Positions 1-13,065 of a DNA stretch of 64,000 bases are shown in pieces. Numbering within the stretch: position 1 is the first letter of the stretch; the number at the start of each line of letters is the position of its first letter. This DNA is from Octopus sinensis (lineage: Eukaryota). Position numbers and translations under genes: made by a program. Location of the stretch: NCBI RefSeq assembly GCF_006345805.1, contig NW_021833658.1, positions 1 through 64,000 on the forward strand, read 5' to 3'. The notes under the pieces are model-generated. The model had not been told where the DNA came from, made no database searches, and saw only the letters and a program-made list of their open reading frames with translations.

Positions 1-418
1 AGATAGATAGATAGATAGATGATAGTAGATGATATATGATATAAACTGCATGATTAGGCCCCATGCCACTGAGAATAAGATTTGTAATGTTCAATTTACC
101 ACATAGTCCATTGGTGCAAGAAAGTTAAACTCTATTGAATATTCCTCAATACAGAGTGATTGGTGTAGGCCAATTTGCTTCTGTTTGTATATGTGTGTAT
201 GAGTGTATATCTATATCAATCAACTGATCTATACATACATACATACATGCATACATATATCCATCGATCCATCGATCCATCCATCCATACATACATACAT
301 ACATAGATATATAGATACATGTATTTATATATTTATGTGTGCATGTGTGTATGTGTGTGACTGTGAGTATACATATATGTATATCTACAAATATATATAC
401 AAAGTACATATACACATA

Positions 419-579
419 AGTGCAGGAGTGACTGTGTCGTAAGTATCTTGCCAACCAACCACATGGTTCCAGGGTCAGTCCTATTGCGTGGCACTTTGGG
501 CTAGTGTCTTCTACTATCGCCTTGGATTGACCAAGGCCTTGTGTGTGGATTTGGTAGGCGGAAATTGAAAGAAGCTCAT

Positions 580-610
<31 letters not shown>

Positions 611-777
611 ACGTGCACATCTGTGTATCTGTGTTTGTTCACAAACCATTGCTTGACAACTGATGCTGGTGTGTTTATCTCCCCGTAATCTAGCGGTTTG
701 GTAAAAGAGATCAATAAAATAAATACTGGGTTTACAAATAATAAGTCCTGTAGGTTGATTTGGTTGACTAAAGGCGG
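419..777 (+). mobile_element. tRNA-derived SINE, family A (GGCGCAGGAGTGGCTGTGTGGTAAG head, internal (GT)n)
   Basis: A/B-box-like head (GGTTC..GGTCAGTCC); same sequence recurs at 12298, 26904, 35109, 43322 and 49304. Confidence 0.85.
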
Positions 778-1228
778 ATGCAATTGCTCTCAGTTGAAAG
801 TTCAGCCCACTGGATGCTAGCAAGTTTATGGGGTCATCACGAGAGAATGCATACCATTTCAGGGCCTTCCATGTAATGGCATAACTGCATACTGCCTCCC
901 ATCCTCACTGAAATGAGGTCCCACTTGACTAAATCAACTGGTTATTAGGTTTCATACACATAAGCACACACATTTATTATGTATCAATCAGCAGAATTTA
1001 GAACAAAATGTGTTTAAATAATTAGTTTCCTGTATGATTAGAGATGAAATCCTCATGGTGGTAAGTTGGATTTTTATCTTAACAAGAATACATTTAACAA
1101 GAAATTATCAATCATTCATATACTTCAGTTGAACTGATCAACAGCAAACCCACACCATTTGAAATATCTTACCTTGGCAAACATAAGCATTATTAAATGG
1201 TATAGTAGTATATAGTATAGTAGTAAAA

Positions 1229-1450
1229 GGCGGCGAGCCGGCAGAAACGTTACCACACCGGGCAAAATGCGTCGCCATATTATGTTCTGAGTTCAAATTC
1301 CGCCGAGGTCGACTTTGCTTTTCATCCTTTCGGGGTCGATAAATTAAGTACCAGTTACGCACTGGGGTCGATGTAATCAACTTAATACCTATGTCTGTCC
1401 TTGTTTGTCCCCTCTATGTCTAGCCCCTTGTGGATAATAAAGAAATAGGT
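1229..1450 (+). mobile_element. tRNA-derived SINE, family B (core TTTCATCCTTTCGGGGTCGATAAATTAAGTACCAG)
   Basis: B-box GAGTTCAAATTCC; near-identical copies at 13066, 14634, 25499 and 61300. Confidence 0.85.
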
Positions 1451-1469
1451 ATAGTAGTATATACAGTTA

Positions 1470-1790
1470 GGTGCATAGCTCAATGGTTAGAGCAGTGGGC
1501 TCATAAACATGAGGTTATGACTTCCGTTCCTGGACTGGGCTGTGTGTTGTGTTCTTAAGCAAGTCACTTTATTTCATGTTACTCCATTTCATTCGTTTGT
1601 AGAAATGAGTTGCGACATCACTGGTGCCAAGCTGTATTGGCCTTTGCCTTTCCCTTGGATAATATTGGTGGTGTGGAGAGGAGAGGTTGGTATGCATAGG
1701 CAACTGCTGGTCTTCCATAAAAGAACCTTGCCTGGACTTCTACCTTGGAGGGTAACTTTCTAGGTGCAATCCCATGGTCATTCCTGACCG
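1470..1790 (+). mobile_element. tRNA-derived SINE, family D
   Basis: tRNA-like head TAGCTCAATGGTTAGAGCA; body matches the reverse complement of 10860-11040. Confidence 0.75.
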
Positions 1791-2153
1791 AGGTGGGTGT
1801 ATACTCTTTAACCTTACTATATACAGTCATATCACTGTACGTTCCAACTTCAGGTTCCATTGTTGTCAACTTTGTCTCATACATACCAGTAAACTACTGG
1901 AAGCTGTTCCAGTGACACTGATTCTGCCCCCAAATTTGTGACTCAGTGACCATTTTAGGGATCACAATTATAAACATTCGATCTTTTCACCCATAAGGTG
2001 TTGGGAATAATTATAGTTTAATTAGCCAGCATCAAAAAATGGATGTGAATCTATGGTAATGTTAATGATGATTTATATGCATTCTTTACTCCTTTATACT
2101 GTGTGTGTGTGTGTGTATACATACATGTATATATAAATATGCATATAAATATA

Positions 2154-2191
<38 letters not shown>

Positions 2192-3201
2192 AACACATAT
2201 ACACACATATGTGTAAATACATGTGTGCGCATGTATATATATGTATATATATATAATTATATGTAAATATATGTGTGTGCATGTATATATATATATATAT
2301 ATTTATATGTGTATATATGCATATATACGTACATATATAAATACAGAAATATATTATATATGTGTATGTATATATATATATGTGTATGTATATATATATA
2401 TATATGTGTGTGTGTGTGGTGTGTGTGCATAAATACTTACGCACATACATATATAACAATGCACATACACATATTTATGTATGTATATACACATTCCGTA
2501 TAATCATCTTGGAAATGTTTCTGTTTTAATATTTTATTTATTCAAAATTTCTTTGCAATCTGCAATGAATAATGAAAATATACCTATACGGCATATACAG
2601 AAAAGCTCTCAGGCAAATGCATGCATCCACACACACGCGCACTTGCACAAATATACGCATGCACTTTGTACATGATGCCAAGAAATTATATTGAATTATA
2701 TTTACAAACGTGTGTGCACCCGCGCACACACACACATAAATATATATATATATATATATATATACCTCTGAAATCATATGCACAACAGATACAGCAATGC
2801 ATATGTGCAAGAATGCAGTAATGTAGTTATGCACAATGGGAAATACTTGCATGTTTGCTGTAAAGCAAAAGAATATATACACATGTCAAAAGATGTACTG
2901 TGAAGCAGTATATGTGTATGCATGTTGTACATAGCTGTAGATGGACATGAGGCTGGTTTATCTGATGAATATTAGACAAATTGTGGGTGTGGCATACACC
3001 ACTGTATACCTATGATGAATGCCTCTGTATGTAACGTTGTACTTATATACAGTGAAACATATGCGTACTTAGACATGTTTATATGCAAGTATTATGCATA
3101 CACACACATATATATGTATCTATGCATGTATACACTCTGAGACATGCACATATGTATATGCTTACACCCATCCATCCATTTATACATATGTATGTATGTA
3201 T

Positions 3202-3232
<31 letters not shown>

Positions 3233-3271
3233 ATTTATACATATATATATATACGTATATATGTGTCTATA

Positions 3272-3305
<34 letters not shown>

Positions 3306-3311
3306 CGTATA

Positions 3312-3356
<45 letters not shown>

Positions 3357-3364
3357 TAGAAAAA

Positions 3365-3590
3365 ACACCTTTTATCAATTCAAAATGAACAATTAAATTA
3401 CAGGTAAAATAGAACCACTCTTTTGGAATTCAACTTTGCAGGATATTCCTATAACATCTAGAAAGGAATATATTTTAAATCTTATTAATAATATTAAAGA
3501 TTTTATTGTTATTTTAATTTTAATATTTCTAATATATGTAATTTTCTAGATGGTGTAATTTAATTGTTCATTTCGAATTGATAAAAGGTG
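3365..3590. repeat. Inverted repeat with ~37-bp arms, probable Penelope-like fragment
   Basis: CACCTTTTATCAATTCAAAATGAACAATTAAATTACA at ~3366 is the reverse complement (1 mismatch) of ~3554-3590. Confidence 0.65.
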
Positions 3591-3698
3591 GATTTTTTAA
3601 AGTTTTATATATATATTATATTGTGTGAAATTTGATTTAGCTTTTCTAAATTGAATTTTTTTCACTGTAAGTTAGGATTAATTATTCCCTCAAATAAT

Positions 3699-3736
<38 letters not shown>

Positions 3737-3884
3737 ATATTCAAACACACACGCATACATTTCTTTTATCATCTTCATAATCATCATTTAGCAACCTTGT
3801 TCTATCCTGGCATATAACAGTATTTGATGAGTCCAAGGACTGCCTCCTGCTCCCCACTTTACTTGACATGGTTACTATGAATCT

Positions 3885-4072
3885 AAGACATTTATGCCCC
3901 CCCCCATGGACAATAAACCCCTACCCCCAAGGACAATTACCCCTGAGGACAACAGAGGAGGATTTAAAACTTCTTAATATATTGGAGAGGGGGTAATTAA
4001 CCAAATGGGTAATTGCCCTAGGGAGTAGTTGACGGGGGAATTGTCCTATTGGGGTGGGTGTAATTGTTCTGA
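3885..4072. mobile_element. Short MITE with inverted GGACAATTACCCC subrepeats (Mutator-like architecture)
   Basis: GGACAAT.ACCCC motifs on the left and GGGG.AATTGTCC motifs on the right. Confidence 0.55.
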
Positions 4073-4378
4073 TATGGTCACTATAGACAGGGCCGTTCAC
4101 AATGCCAACCATTTTCTAGCACCTATTGGGTACTTTTCCAATGCTATTTGTGCTATTGATTGGTCTATCTACTTCGCAAGACAATAAACCTTGAGTAAGG
4201 CAGTTTTATACTAAGAAGCAAGGCGTAAAAGTATCAGAAAAGGGGTCTTTTGGTGTTGAGGAGTTACATGACTATTCATATTTTACAAGGAAAGGTGTGA
4301 GTGGTTGTGCTAGAGCTGTTAGAAGTAAAAAAAATAGTGGTTATGCAGTTTCAGAATGAACACCCAAGGTATGAAGTG

Positions 4379-4411
<33 letters not shown>

Positions 4412-4521
4412 GCACACGCACACACATATATATATCAGTCAGTTGCTCATATTTGTGACACAGAAGCACACTCTCAAACATTACAGCTGTAGTATATTTA
4501 GAGGATTTTTTGTCATAGTAT

Positions 4522-4641
4522 GTCAGAGAGTGACCCTTGGTTTCACAACTATAAAGTGCTCAGCTCTACAGATGATTCATCAGGTGTGTTGCCTATACAG
4601 CTAAGCACTTTTAGGTGCAAAGCCAATGGTCACTCTCTGAC
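4522..4641 (-). ncRNA. Hammerhead-ribozyme core inside an inverted repeat (Penelope-like terminal fragment)
   Basis: Minus strand reads CTGATGA-ATCAT-CTGTAGAG..CTTTATAG-TTGT-GAAAC-CAAGG-GTC; stem I is not complementary; arms at 4522-4570 and 4594-4641. Confidence 0.6.
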
Positions 4642-4842
4642 TGGCCATAACAAACCAACCTTCTATATGCATATATGTATGTATGGATGGGTGTATGGAT
4701 GGATGTGTGTATATAATATATATATGTATGTATGTATGTATATATATATGTATCTGTACCTATCTATCTATCTATCCATCTATATATATATATCTATATA
4801 TATATCCTATATATATATATATATTATATATATATTATATAT

Positions 4843-4880
<38 letters not shown>

Positions 4881-5829
4881 AATCCCAAAAATGGAATAAG
4901 AATGTAACAGATAACAACAAAAACATATGCACAGATTGATGATACAAAGATGGACAGGAAAAACCAGGACGGAACATTTGTGGCTTCTGTTCACCAGTCA
5001 ACTTTCCAATTATCATTACAGTTTTGGCCTGTTATGCTTGAGACTATTCAAAATTGGTAGGCCCCAAAAATTTAAGCTAGGATCATTAAAATTTTGGATG
5101 AAAACAAGTGAATATGTACAACAACAGAGACAAAAAGACAAGAAAAACAGAGAAAATGTTACACAATTACAAATACAAAGAACACGAGAATAACAACTGG
5201 AGTTTTTCGACTAATCAAGACAAGTTAAGTTAAACAGCACAACATAGATGTAAGTTAGGTGCCAGGAAAATAAGGTGTTGTAATGGCAATGGTTGGGCCA
5301 AGAAAGGAAGATCATGTTTGGCCAAACATCGGTCATGAGGGAAGAACAGAGAGATGTAGGGAGCAGAGGAATTGAAGAATTAGGGAAGGAACTAGAGAGA
5401 GAGAGAAGGGGGAAGGGACAGAGGGGAAATGTACAAAGGAGATAACGAAAGAAAGTAGAGAGATTAAAGAAAGAGAATGCTAAGAAATGTGAGAGAGGTG
5501 GAGCGAGAAAAAGAAAAGAGGAAAGAAAGAAAGTATAAGGGGGACTAAAAGAAGGAGAAAAATGTCGTACAGAATTTAGATACATACTTACAAGGTGAGC
5601 AAGAGGTGTACATACACCGCTATATGTATGTATATATAAACCTAAAAAATAGAGTAAGAATGTAATGGACGATAATCAAAACATACGGACAGATAGACAA
5701 TACGAAGACAGACAGGAAAAGCCAAAATGGATCATTCGTGGTATTCTGTTCATCAGTCAGGTTTCTATGCACACATACACACAAACACATATATGTATAT
5801 ATATATATATTTACACTATATATATGTCC

Positions 5830-5958
5830 CTTTCTGTAGAAGAACGTAGGCTCGAAACGTAAAAGACTTTTACAATTCCTGAGCGTTATACTAATACATC
5901 TGTTTGTTTTGTACACCACCTGTCTTCGACTTTTGCTTTTTTTTTCGTGAACTCTCCC
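5830..5958 (+). mobile_element. Penelope-like repeat fragment starting with a minimal hammerhead-like motif (5830-5865)
   Basis: CTTT-CTGTAGA-A-GAAC-GTAG-GCTC-GAAAC-GTA-AAAG; downstream body repeated at 19872-19975 (+) and 48325-48408 (-). Confidence 0.55.
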
Positions 5959-6107
5959 TATATATATATATATATATATATATCTACTGTATATATATAA
6001 AAATATATAAAGAGAGAGGGGGAAGGAGAGGGAGAGAGAGTGGAGGATGGATGAATAGATAGATAAATAGATAGATAGATACTTACTTACACACACACAC
6101 ACACACA

Positions 6108-6250
6108 TATATACTTTATTTAAAAGCAGCAGAAATATATTATATATTGTTATATTTCTGCTGCTTTTAAATAAAGTATATTACTCTACCTCTGGTATTT
6201 GAGTACTCTTCTTCCACCTTGTTTCACATTTATGTGCTTACTCCGGTATA
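6108..6250. repeat. Perfect ~31-bp-arm palindrome plus repeat body shared with 37998-38199
   Basis: ATACTTTATTTAAAAGCAGCAGAAATATA ... TATATTTCTGCTGCTTTTAAATAAAGTAT. Confidence 0.8.
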
Positions 6251-6918
6251 TATATATAATATATATATGAAATGCAAAGTATATGTTTTTCAATAAATAT
6301 AGGATTTTAACCTCGCAGTGAAAAGTAAATCTCTCTATTCATAGAATAAATGGGATTGAGCAAACTAATTTCTCAGTCTTTTTAGATCTTTGTCAGAGAA
6401 AGAATATTCCCATTTTCTTCATTGACAGATTAGTAGAACATATCTTTTCCTTTTATTTGCTGTCTACGACTCAGCTACATTGGAATCTTTAGTTTTTATA
6501 ATTGACAACATGGATTAATTAATTCATATTACACTTCTTAAGGTTTCTGCATTATTTTAAAAATATAGATTATTACTTTTTTTTTCTAATAAATACGTAA
6601 TTTTAGCTTCACTTACATCATAAGTTTCATTTCTCCATGGACAAAATAAGTTACATTAATCTTGGTAGTTTTCTATTCTGCCTCAACATCTTTTATCACA
6701 GAACATATTACATCTTTTCTTCATGATCTACAAAGAAGATATAAGTGAAAAAGATGATGGAGAGAAATAAGTTTAACTTTAGTAACAAATTACCAGGCCA
6801 AACATACAAGCTGATGGTGAATGTAGATAGATTATTGGAAAGAAAGGTTGACATGAATGTAGGAAAGAATCTCTTCTATAAAAATGTGAAAGAAGGAGGG
6901 AAAATATCTGGAAATTAA

Positions 6919-7310
6919 TCTCTCTATATATAAAGCTGAAGTTGTCTGTGTATGGCAGGTTTTGTAGCCTTCAACTAACACTATCTCCTCCGAGACCCTG
7001 CGGCGCAAGTTGACCAAAATTGGGAGTATGATTGAAGAAGACTTGCTCTTTATTCTGTAGAAGAAAAAATTCAAATTAGACCATGTTAACACCAAAAATT
7101 ATTTACATCAACAAGGTGCTTTTTTTCTATGAAAATCCCTATTTTTAAAAAAATTTTTGACTGCTGTGTCGCCATTTTTCGGTATATTTCAAATGAAAAA
7201 TGTTCACTTAAAGAGAATAACAAGCTACATAATGCAAAACTTTTACTTTTCAAAAATTCTAATTCTAAAGGGTCGAAACAAACCCGAGCAGCGCCGGGCG
7301 ATACTGCTAG
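6919..7310 (+). mobile_element. Non-autonomous Helitron
   Basis: A|TC 5' end, subterminal CCCG..CGGG hairpin, CTAG|T 3' end; same termini at 62823-63196. Confidence 0.75.
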
Positions 7311-7907
7311 TAATGAATAAACGAAGAAGAGAAAAACTCGTGAATGAAAGATGGGAAAATATGAATGAAAAATTTCTTAAATATGCATGTCGTACTTAAA
7401 GAAGATTAACCTCTTTTGTGTTATTGCTAACATGTTTCACTGTCACTTGCCTGCAATGAAATGCTTATGGGCATAATATCTCGTTTTGAATAGTGCCTTA
7501 TTTTTTACCCTAAATGTCAGCACCTCTTTGTAAAAATGCAAATTAGTGTATTCACATGATCAAGTGAATTGTAGTGAATGATTTCTTTTGTTATTGAGTT
7601 GATGTGCATGTGTATGTTATGTGCTTCATTTACAACAAATATATCACAAAATTAGTTTGATTTTAAATAGCATTTGGCCATTTAAATCAACATTGCATTG
7701 TGTAATAAATAGTGAGGCAGTGAAGTATCAGAACTAATTTTTGCCAAAGATCAGATGTGAGGAAGAGGAATATCTTTCTGATTACATAGAGGGAGAAAGT
7801 ACACTGGGAAATGATGAAAATCAATCATCAACAAACTTGTGGAAAAGTGTCAGAATCCACAGTAAATACAAGTAAAAACAAAGTGTAGTAATGAAATAAA
7901 CCTTTTT

Positions 7908-8180
7908 ATCATCATCATCATCATTATCATCATAATCATCATCATTTAATGTCCGTTTTCCATGCTAGCATGGGTTGGACGGTTTGACCAGGGCCTGGGA
8001 AACCAGGAGGCTGCACCAGGTTCCAGTTTGATCTGGCAGTGTTTCAACAGCTGGATGCCCTTCCTAATGCCAACCACTCCATGAGTGTAGTGGGTGCTTT
8101 TTACGTTCCACTGGCACAGGTGCCAGGCGAGGCTGGCAATGGCCACAATCGGTTGGTGCTTTTTACGTACCACCAGCACT
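7908..8180 (-). mobile_element. SINE family C (TTGGCGTTAGGAAGGGCATCCAGCTG domain, (TGA)n tail)
   Basis: More than 12 copies in the window, all ending in (GAT)n. Confidence 0.85.
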
Positions 8181-8429
8181 CTCTTAATAAATGACTTCAT
8201 GACAAATGTATATATTCAAGACAGAGATCTGAATAAAATTCAATACCATATAAAGTTTAAAAAAATTTTTAATGCAAAATTTAATTCTGATCTTTGTGTA
8301 TGAAATAAATTCACCCAGATCATCATTTATGATCTGAAACAACATTCAAGAAATGAACCAAGAAATGAACGAATGTAACCAAAGTGAGAATATTGTTTAT
8401 ACTTAAATTGGACCATTGTTGTGAAAGAG

Positions 8430-9185
8430 TATGAACTGTTGCTGGACAAATTTTCAACAGATCCCACCCAGCTAAATCCTTTTTAGAAAAGCATACCTAT
8501 ATATGTGGTACTACAAATGGAAAACAGGGATGGCATGCCAAGAGATGATTTTTATAAAGTTACTCTAAGAAGAAATGCAGCTCTTTCAGAAAGATAACAT
8601 CACAGTGTATTATTTCAAAGACAAAAGGCATTTAATCATACTAAGCACAGTGCATGATTACTGTTTTGGTGAGAAGACCAGCCAAGGCCAGAAAGAAATG
8701 CATTAGAAAATCTAAACTCATTGTATAGATTATAATAAATAAATGGGAGGGATTGATTTATGCCAAGGCATTATTCATGGATATCCAAGCATGAGAAAAA
8801 CCATTAAGTAGCATAAAGTTTTTTCTTCACAGGATTGATATCACACTCTACAAGGCATCTGTCGTGTATAAAATATTTGGCAACAATACTCCACTCCTTG
8901 ATTTTTGCATTGAAGGAATTTGCAAAATAACTATAAAAAAAAAGCAAAAAGCATAGCATAATCAAAACTTCCTCTAGTGGTCTTCCATCTGCAGAAAACA
9001 CCTTACATCTGACAAACAGGCATTTTTCTTCATCAAGCCAGCAACTAAAAAATAAAGAGGGGGCTCCAGCTAAAATATATAAAGTGTGTCTGAAAAATGT
9101 CAAACAGATTGTATGTAAGTATGAAGACTGGTGGAATTATGTGTTGATTCATGTGTTAGAATATTTCACACCCAATTGAATTATC
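8430..9185 (+). pseudogene. Decayed piggyBac (PGBD4-like) transposase; element may span ~7406-9363
   Basis: Manual translation across stops and frameshifts gives LLLDKF, TYICGT, FKDKRHLIILSTVH, DYNK*MGGID, RKTIK*HK and C-terminal LCVDSCVRIFHTQLNY; GGGATTAA at 9356-9363. Confidence 0.85.
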
Positions 9186-10037
9186 AAAATGTATTTAAGA
9201 ACAATTTCATTAAAATTTATATTGAATAATGTCATTTATTTAATTGAAATAAAAGAGTTTTATACATACAATTGTGAATTGTATATTTATAAACATTTTT
9301 TTTTCTGGAGAAAAGGATAGAAGTAGTAATGCAGAAAATACAATCTGGCAGCTATGGGATTAAGAGAGAAGTGACAGAAGAAAAAAATATCTAAATGTTT
9401 GAAGAAAATTAAGATATTCAAAGAAGGGAAAAGGAAATAAAAAGGATAAAAATGTAGTTGTAAAAAATATATATGAATGAATGAGAAATGCAAGATTGCT
9501 TGAAAAAAATAAATGAAATAAAGAAGATATTGTGTAAAATATGAATGACAAAATATAGATAAATGAATGAGCAAAATAATAAAATAATATTGAAGTAGAA
9601 GAAAAAGAGAAAAAAAAGAGAAAAATTTTTGAATGATGATGGAAAAAATGCAATGTGTTTTAAGCCCGTTTGCTTTTAAAACTCCAATCAATATCGAGAT
9701 GATCCATTGTCTTCAATAGATCATTTTATATTTTGGTAAACTATAGCAAATAAATTTATTGGACTTGGATTGCTTTCTTCATATCGTCATATACCAAAAT
9801 TGATCCTCAATATTCAATAGATTACCCAAATGGGAAAACTTAAACTGCTTATGTCAGTCGGAATTATTTTACTTCAGTTTGATCCACTGTATTCTCAAGA
9901 TCAACTTAGTCATATGGAGACATTCCAGTTCAAACTGATTCATGACCGATCAGTGAATCAAATTATATAAGAGAATGTTAGCCCATTGCTGCAGTAGCAG
10001 TGATGACAGTCACTTTTCTTGTTGAACCAAGGAAACA

Positions 10038-10298
10038 ATGTTTGTTCCTTCTCGAGCCATGCTGGCTCATAAGGGCCGGTTTCCCGGTTTCCTTGGCATA
10101 TAGGTTCCCCACCTGGATGGGACGCGGTCCATCACAGGTGAGCTGCTAGATGTAGGAGGAAAGAGTGAGAGAAAGTTGTGGCGAAAGAGTCAGCAGAAGT
10201 TTGCCATTGCCGTCTGCCGGTGTCGCGTAGAACTTAGGTGTTTCGCTCATAAACACACACATCGCCCAGTCTGAGATTCGAACCTGCAATCCCTCGAC
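10038..10298 (-). mobile_element. tRNA-derived SINE related to family D
   Basis: GAGATTCGAACC B-box complement; shares GAAAGAGTGAGAGAAAGTTGTGG with 11170 and its tail with 39300-39400. Confidence 0.7.
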
Positions 10299-10574
10299 AA
10301 GGAAACAATAGTTCCATGTTTTTCAAAAATTGGTGATACTAATTGTTTTTCAATGATAGGGCAGGATTTGAACCCAGAATGTTCACAACCAGAGCAAATA
10401 CTGCAAGGTATCCATTCAGGTGTTTGAACAATTCTGTTAATCCACCACACTGAACTGGTACTTTTGTTTTAGTGACCTTGAAAGGATAAAAAAAACCATG
10501 TTGACCCTAGCAGGACTTGAACTCACAGTGTAGTGAGTCAGAACAAATAGTATGAAGCATTCTTTGTAATACAT

Positions 10575-10795
10575 GCCCATGAAGGGCACTGGTGCTGGTA
10601 CCACATAAAAGGCACTGGTGCCACGAAAAAGCATCCAGTTCACTCTGGAGTGGTTGCCATTAGGAAGGGCACCTATCTGTAGAAACCAAACTAAAATAGA
10701 CTCTGCAACCTGGTTTGGCCCCTGGCCTTGCCAGCTCCTGTCAAACTGTCCAACCCATGCCAGCATGGAAAATAGATGTTAAATGATGAAGATGA
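10575..10795 (+). mobile_element. SINE family C
   Basis: TTAGGAAGGGCA domain and (GAT)n tail. Confidence 0.8.
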
Positions 10796-10829
10796 TTCTA
10801 TCCAGATGTCTTTTGGTGAGTAAATACTG

Positions 10830-11356
10830 GTTGTGTTGTTGTTGTGTGACCCCCTTCAGTCATGAATGACCATGGGATTGCATCTAGAAAGTTACCCTCC
10901 AAGGCACAAGTTTGGGCAAGGTTGTATAAGGAAGACCAGCAGTTTCCCATGCATACCAGCCTCTCCTCTCAATTCCACCAGTGTTATCCAAGAGAAATGC
11001 AAAGGCCGATACAGCTTGGCACCAGCGATGTCGCAGCTCGTTTATTAACGTGCAAGTGGCTGAGCACTCCACAGACACGTGTACCCTTAACGTAGTCTCG
11101 GGGAAGTTCAGCATGACACAGAGTGTGACAAGGCTGGCCCTTTGAAAATACAGGTACAACAGAAACAGGAAGAAAGAGTGAGAGAAAGTTGTGGTGAAAG
11201 AGTATAGCAGGGTTCATCACCACCTCTTGCCGGAGCCTCATGGAGCTTTAGGTGTTTTCGCTCAATAAACACTCACAATGCCTGGTCTGGGAATCGAAAC
11301 CACAATCCTATGACTGTGAGTTCGCTGCCCTAACCCCTGGGCCATTGCGCCTCCAC
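10830..11356 (-). mobile_element. Composite tRNA-derived SINE (family D tail)
   Basis: tRNA-like head complement at 11285-11356; tail matches 1600-1790. Confidence 0.75.
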
Positions 11357-12297
11357 AGTGATTAAATACTGGTATCAGGTTGTAATTCACATCTAGCTGA
11401 TCCACTGCTTTTTATTGATCAGTTTATTTTTGTCTTATTAAAATCAACACAAGTCATGGATCACCTGTGCCAGGTGTTGTAAGTAAACATGGAATTAAGG
11501 TGACTGATAGGATTTTGATTTAATTGGATTTTATGGATCACATCAGTCATGGAGAGTCAGCCTGGATCAGACTGAAACATTCCATTCTCAAGTTTCATTC
11601 CATCAGTTGATGTAAACCTTCATCATTTATGCGGTGGCATAGCATCCAGCATTAGTGTCCATGACAGTGATTATAATTATTAGCATGTATGTACGTACCT
11701 GTGTGACAGGTGAGTAGAAGATAATTTTACATGAAGCATCACCACTGCTATGTTTGCCATTGTCATCATATAAACACCACCACCACCACCACTGCCACCA
11801 CCACCACCACCACCACCACCACCACCACTACCACCACCATTATTCTTGTCATCGTCCTCCTCCTCATCATCATCATTATCACCATCGTCATCATTATCAC
11901 CATCATTATTATAATTCTCATTGTACTAACCATCATCTTCATTACTGGTGTAATATCCCCCAGTACCAAAGCCAACAACAAGCCCTGTTAGAGATATTAA
12001 ATACAGTTGTATCAATATCCCTGCTCAAATATTGCAGATATACATGCCATCATATCTTATATGTGCATGTCTAATCATATCACGGTACTAATATGTATTT
12101 ATGTATGCATGTCTGTATGTATTATATTACAAATGAATTTGTGTGTGTATATGTGTGTGTGGATGTGTACACTGAGGAAAAGGGATGATTAAGAAGATTG
12201 CTTTGGAACTACAACCATGTAGTTAGGGGTACTGTCCTCACAACTTGAAGTAGCGTGTGTATGTGTATATGTGCATCTCCATGTATATGTATATATA

Positions 12298-12710
12298 GGC
12301 GCAGGAGTGCCTGTGTGGTAAGTAGCTTGCTTACCAACCACATGGTTGCGGGTTCAGTCCCACTGCGTGGCATGTTGGGCAAGTGTCTTCTACTATAGCC
12401 TCGGGCCAACCAAAGCCTTGTGAATGGATTTGGTTGATGGAAACTGAAAGAAGCCCATCGTATATATGTATATGTATATATATATATGTGTGTGTGTGTG
12501 TGTATGTTTGTGTGTCTGTGTTTGTCCCTCCAACATCACTTGACAACTGATGCTGGTATGTTTACATCCCCGTAACTTAGCAGTTCGGCAAAATAGACCG
12601 ATAGAATAAGTACTAGGCTTACAAAGAATAAGTCCTGGTGTTGATTTGTTCGACTAAAGGCAGTGCTGCAGCCTGGCCACAGTCAAATGACTGAAACACA
12701 TAAATGAAAT
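12298..12710 (+). mobile_element. SINE family A, full length
   Basis: Matches 419, 35109 and 49304. Confidence 0.9.
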
Positions 12711-13065
12711 GAACATGTGGACTTACAATTATGTCATTTCAGGTTTGATCCTACTCATGAAAGCTTGAACAAGTCTTTTCCAGTAAAGCCTCAGATCAAC
12801 CAATGATGTGTAAGAGATAAAAAGGAAATCAAATGGTAAGCAATAAATGGAAATAGTGAGTAGTAACCTCACCAGGGTAAAAACCATAAGTTCTGTGAAG
12901 ATGGCTAAGTGGTCAAAGTAACACACAAACCAACCAAGATGTCAGCAGTTCATTTTATATTACATGCGATATGCTGTGCCTGTTACTAGTATACTTTAAT
13001 TTGAAATGGCTAAGTTCATCTAATAATATGGAAATATGGAACTTGCAGCATGGTATTCATAAAAT

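Noticed and set aside
146-823. 225-aa ORF and the many YI/HT/CV-repeat ORFs throughout the track
   Set aside because: Translations of microsatellites and SINEs; they lack stops only because of dinucleotide periodicity.
12743-12836. Internal coding exon between TTTCAG and GTAAGC
   Set aside because: Stops in all three frames; at most a non-coding exon.
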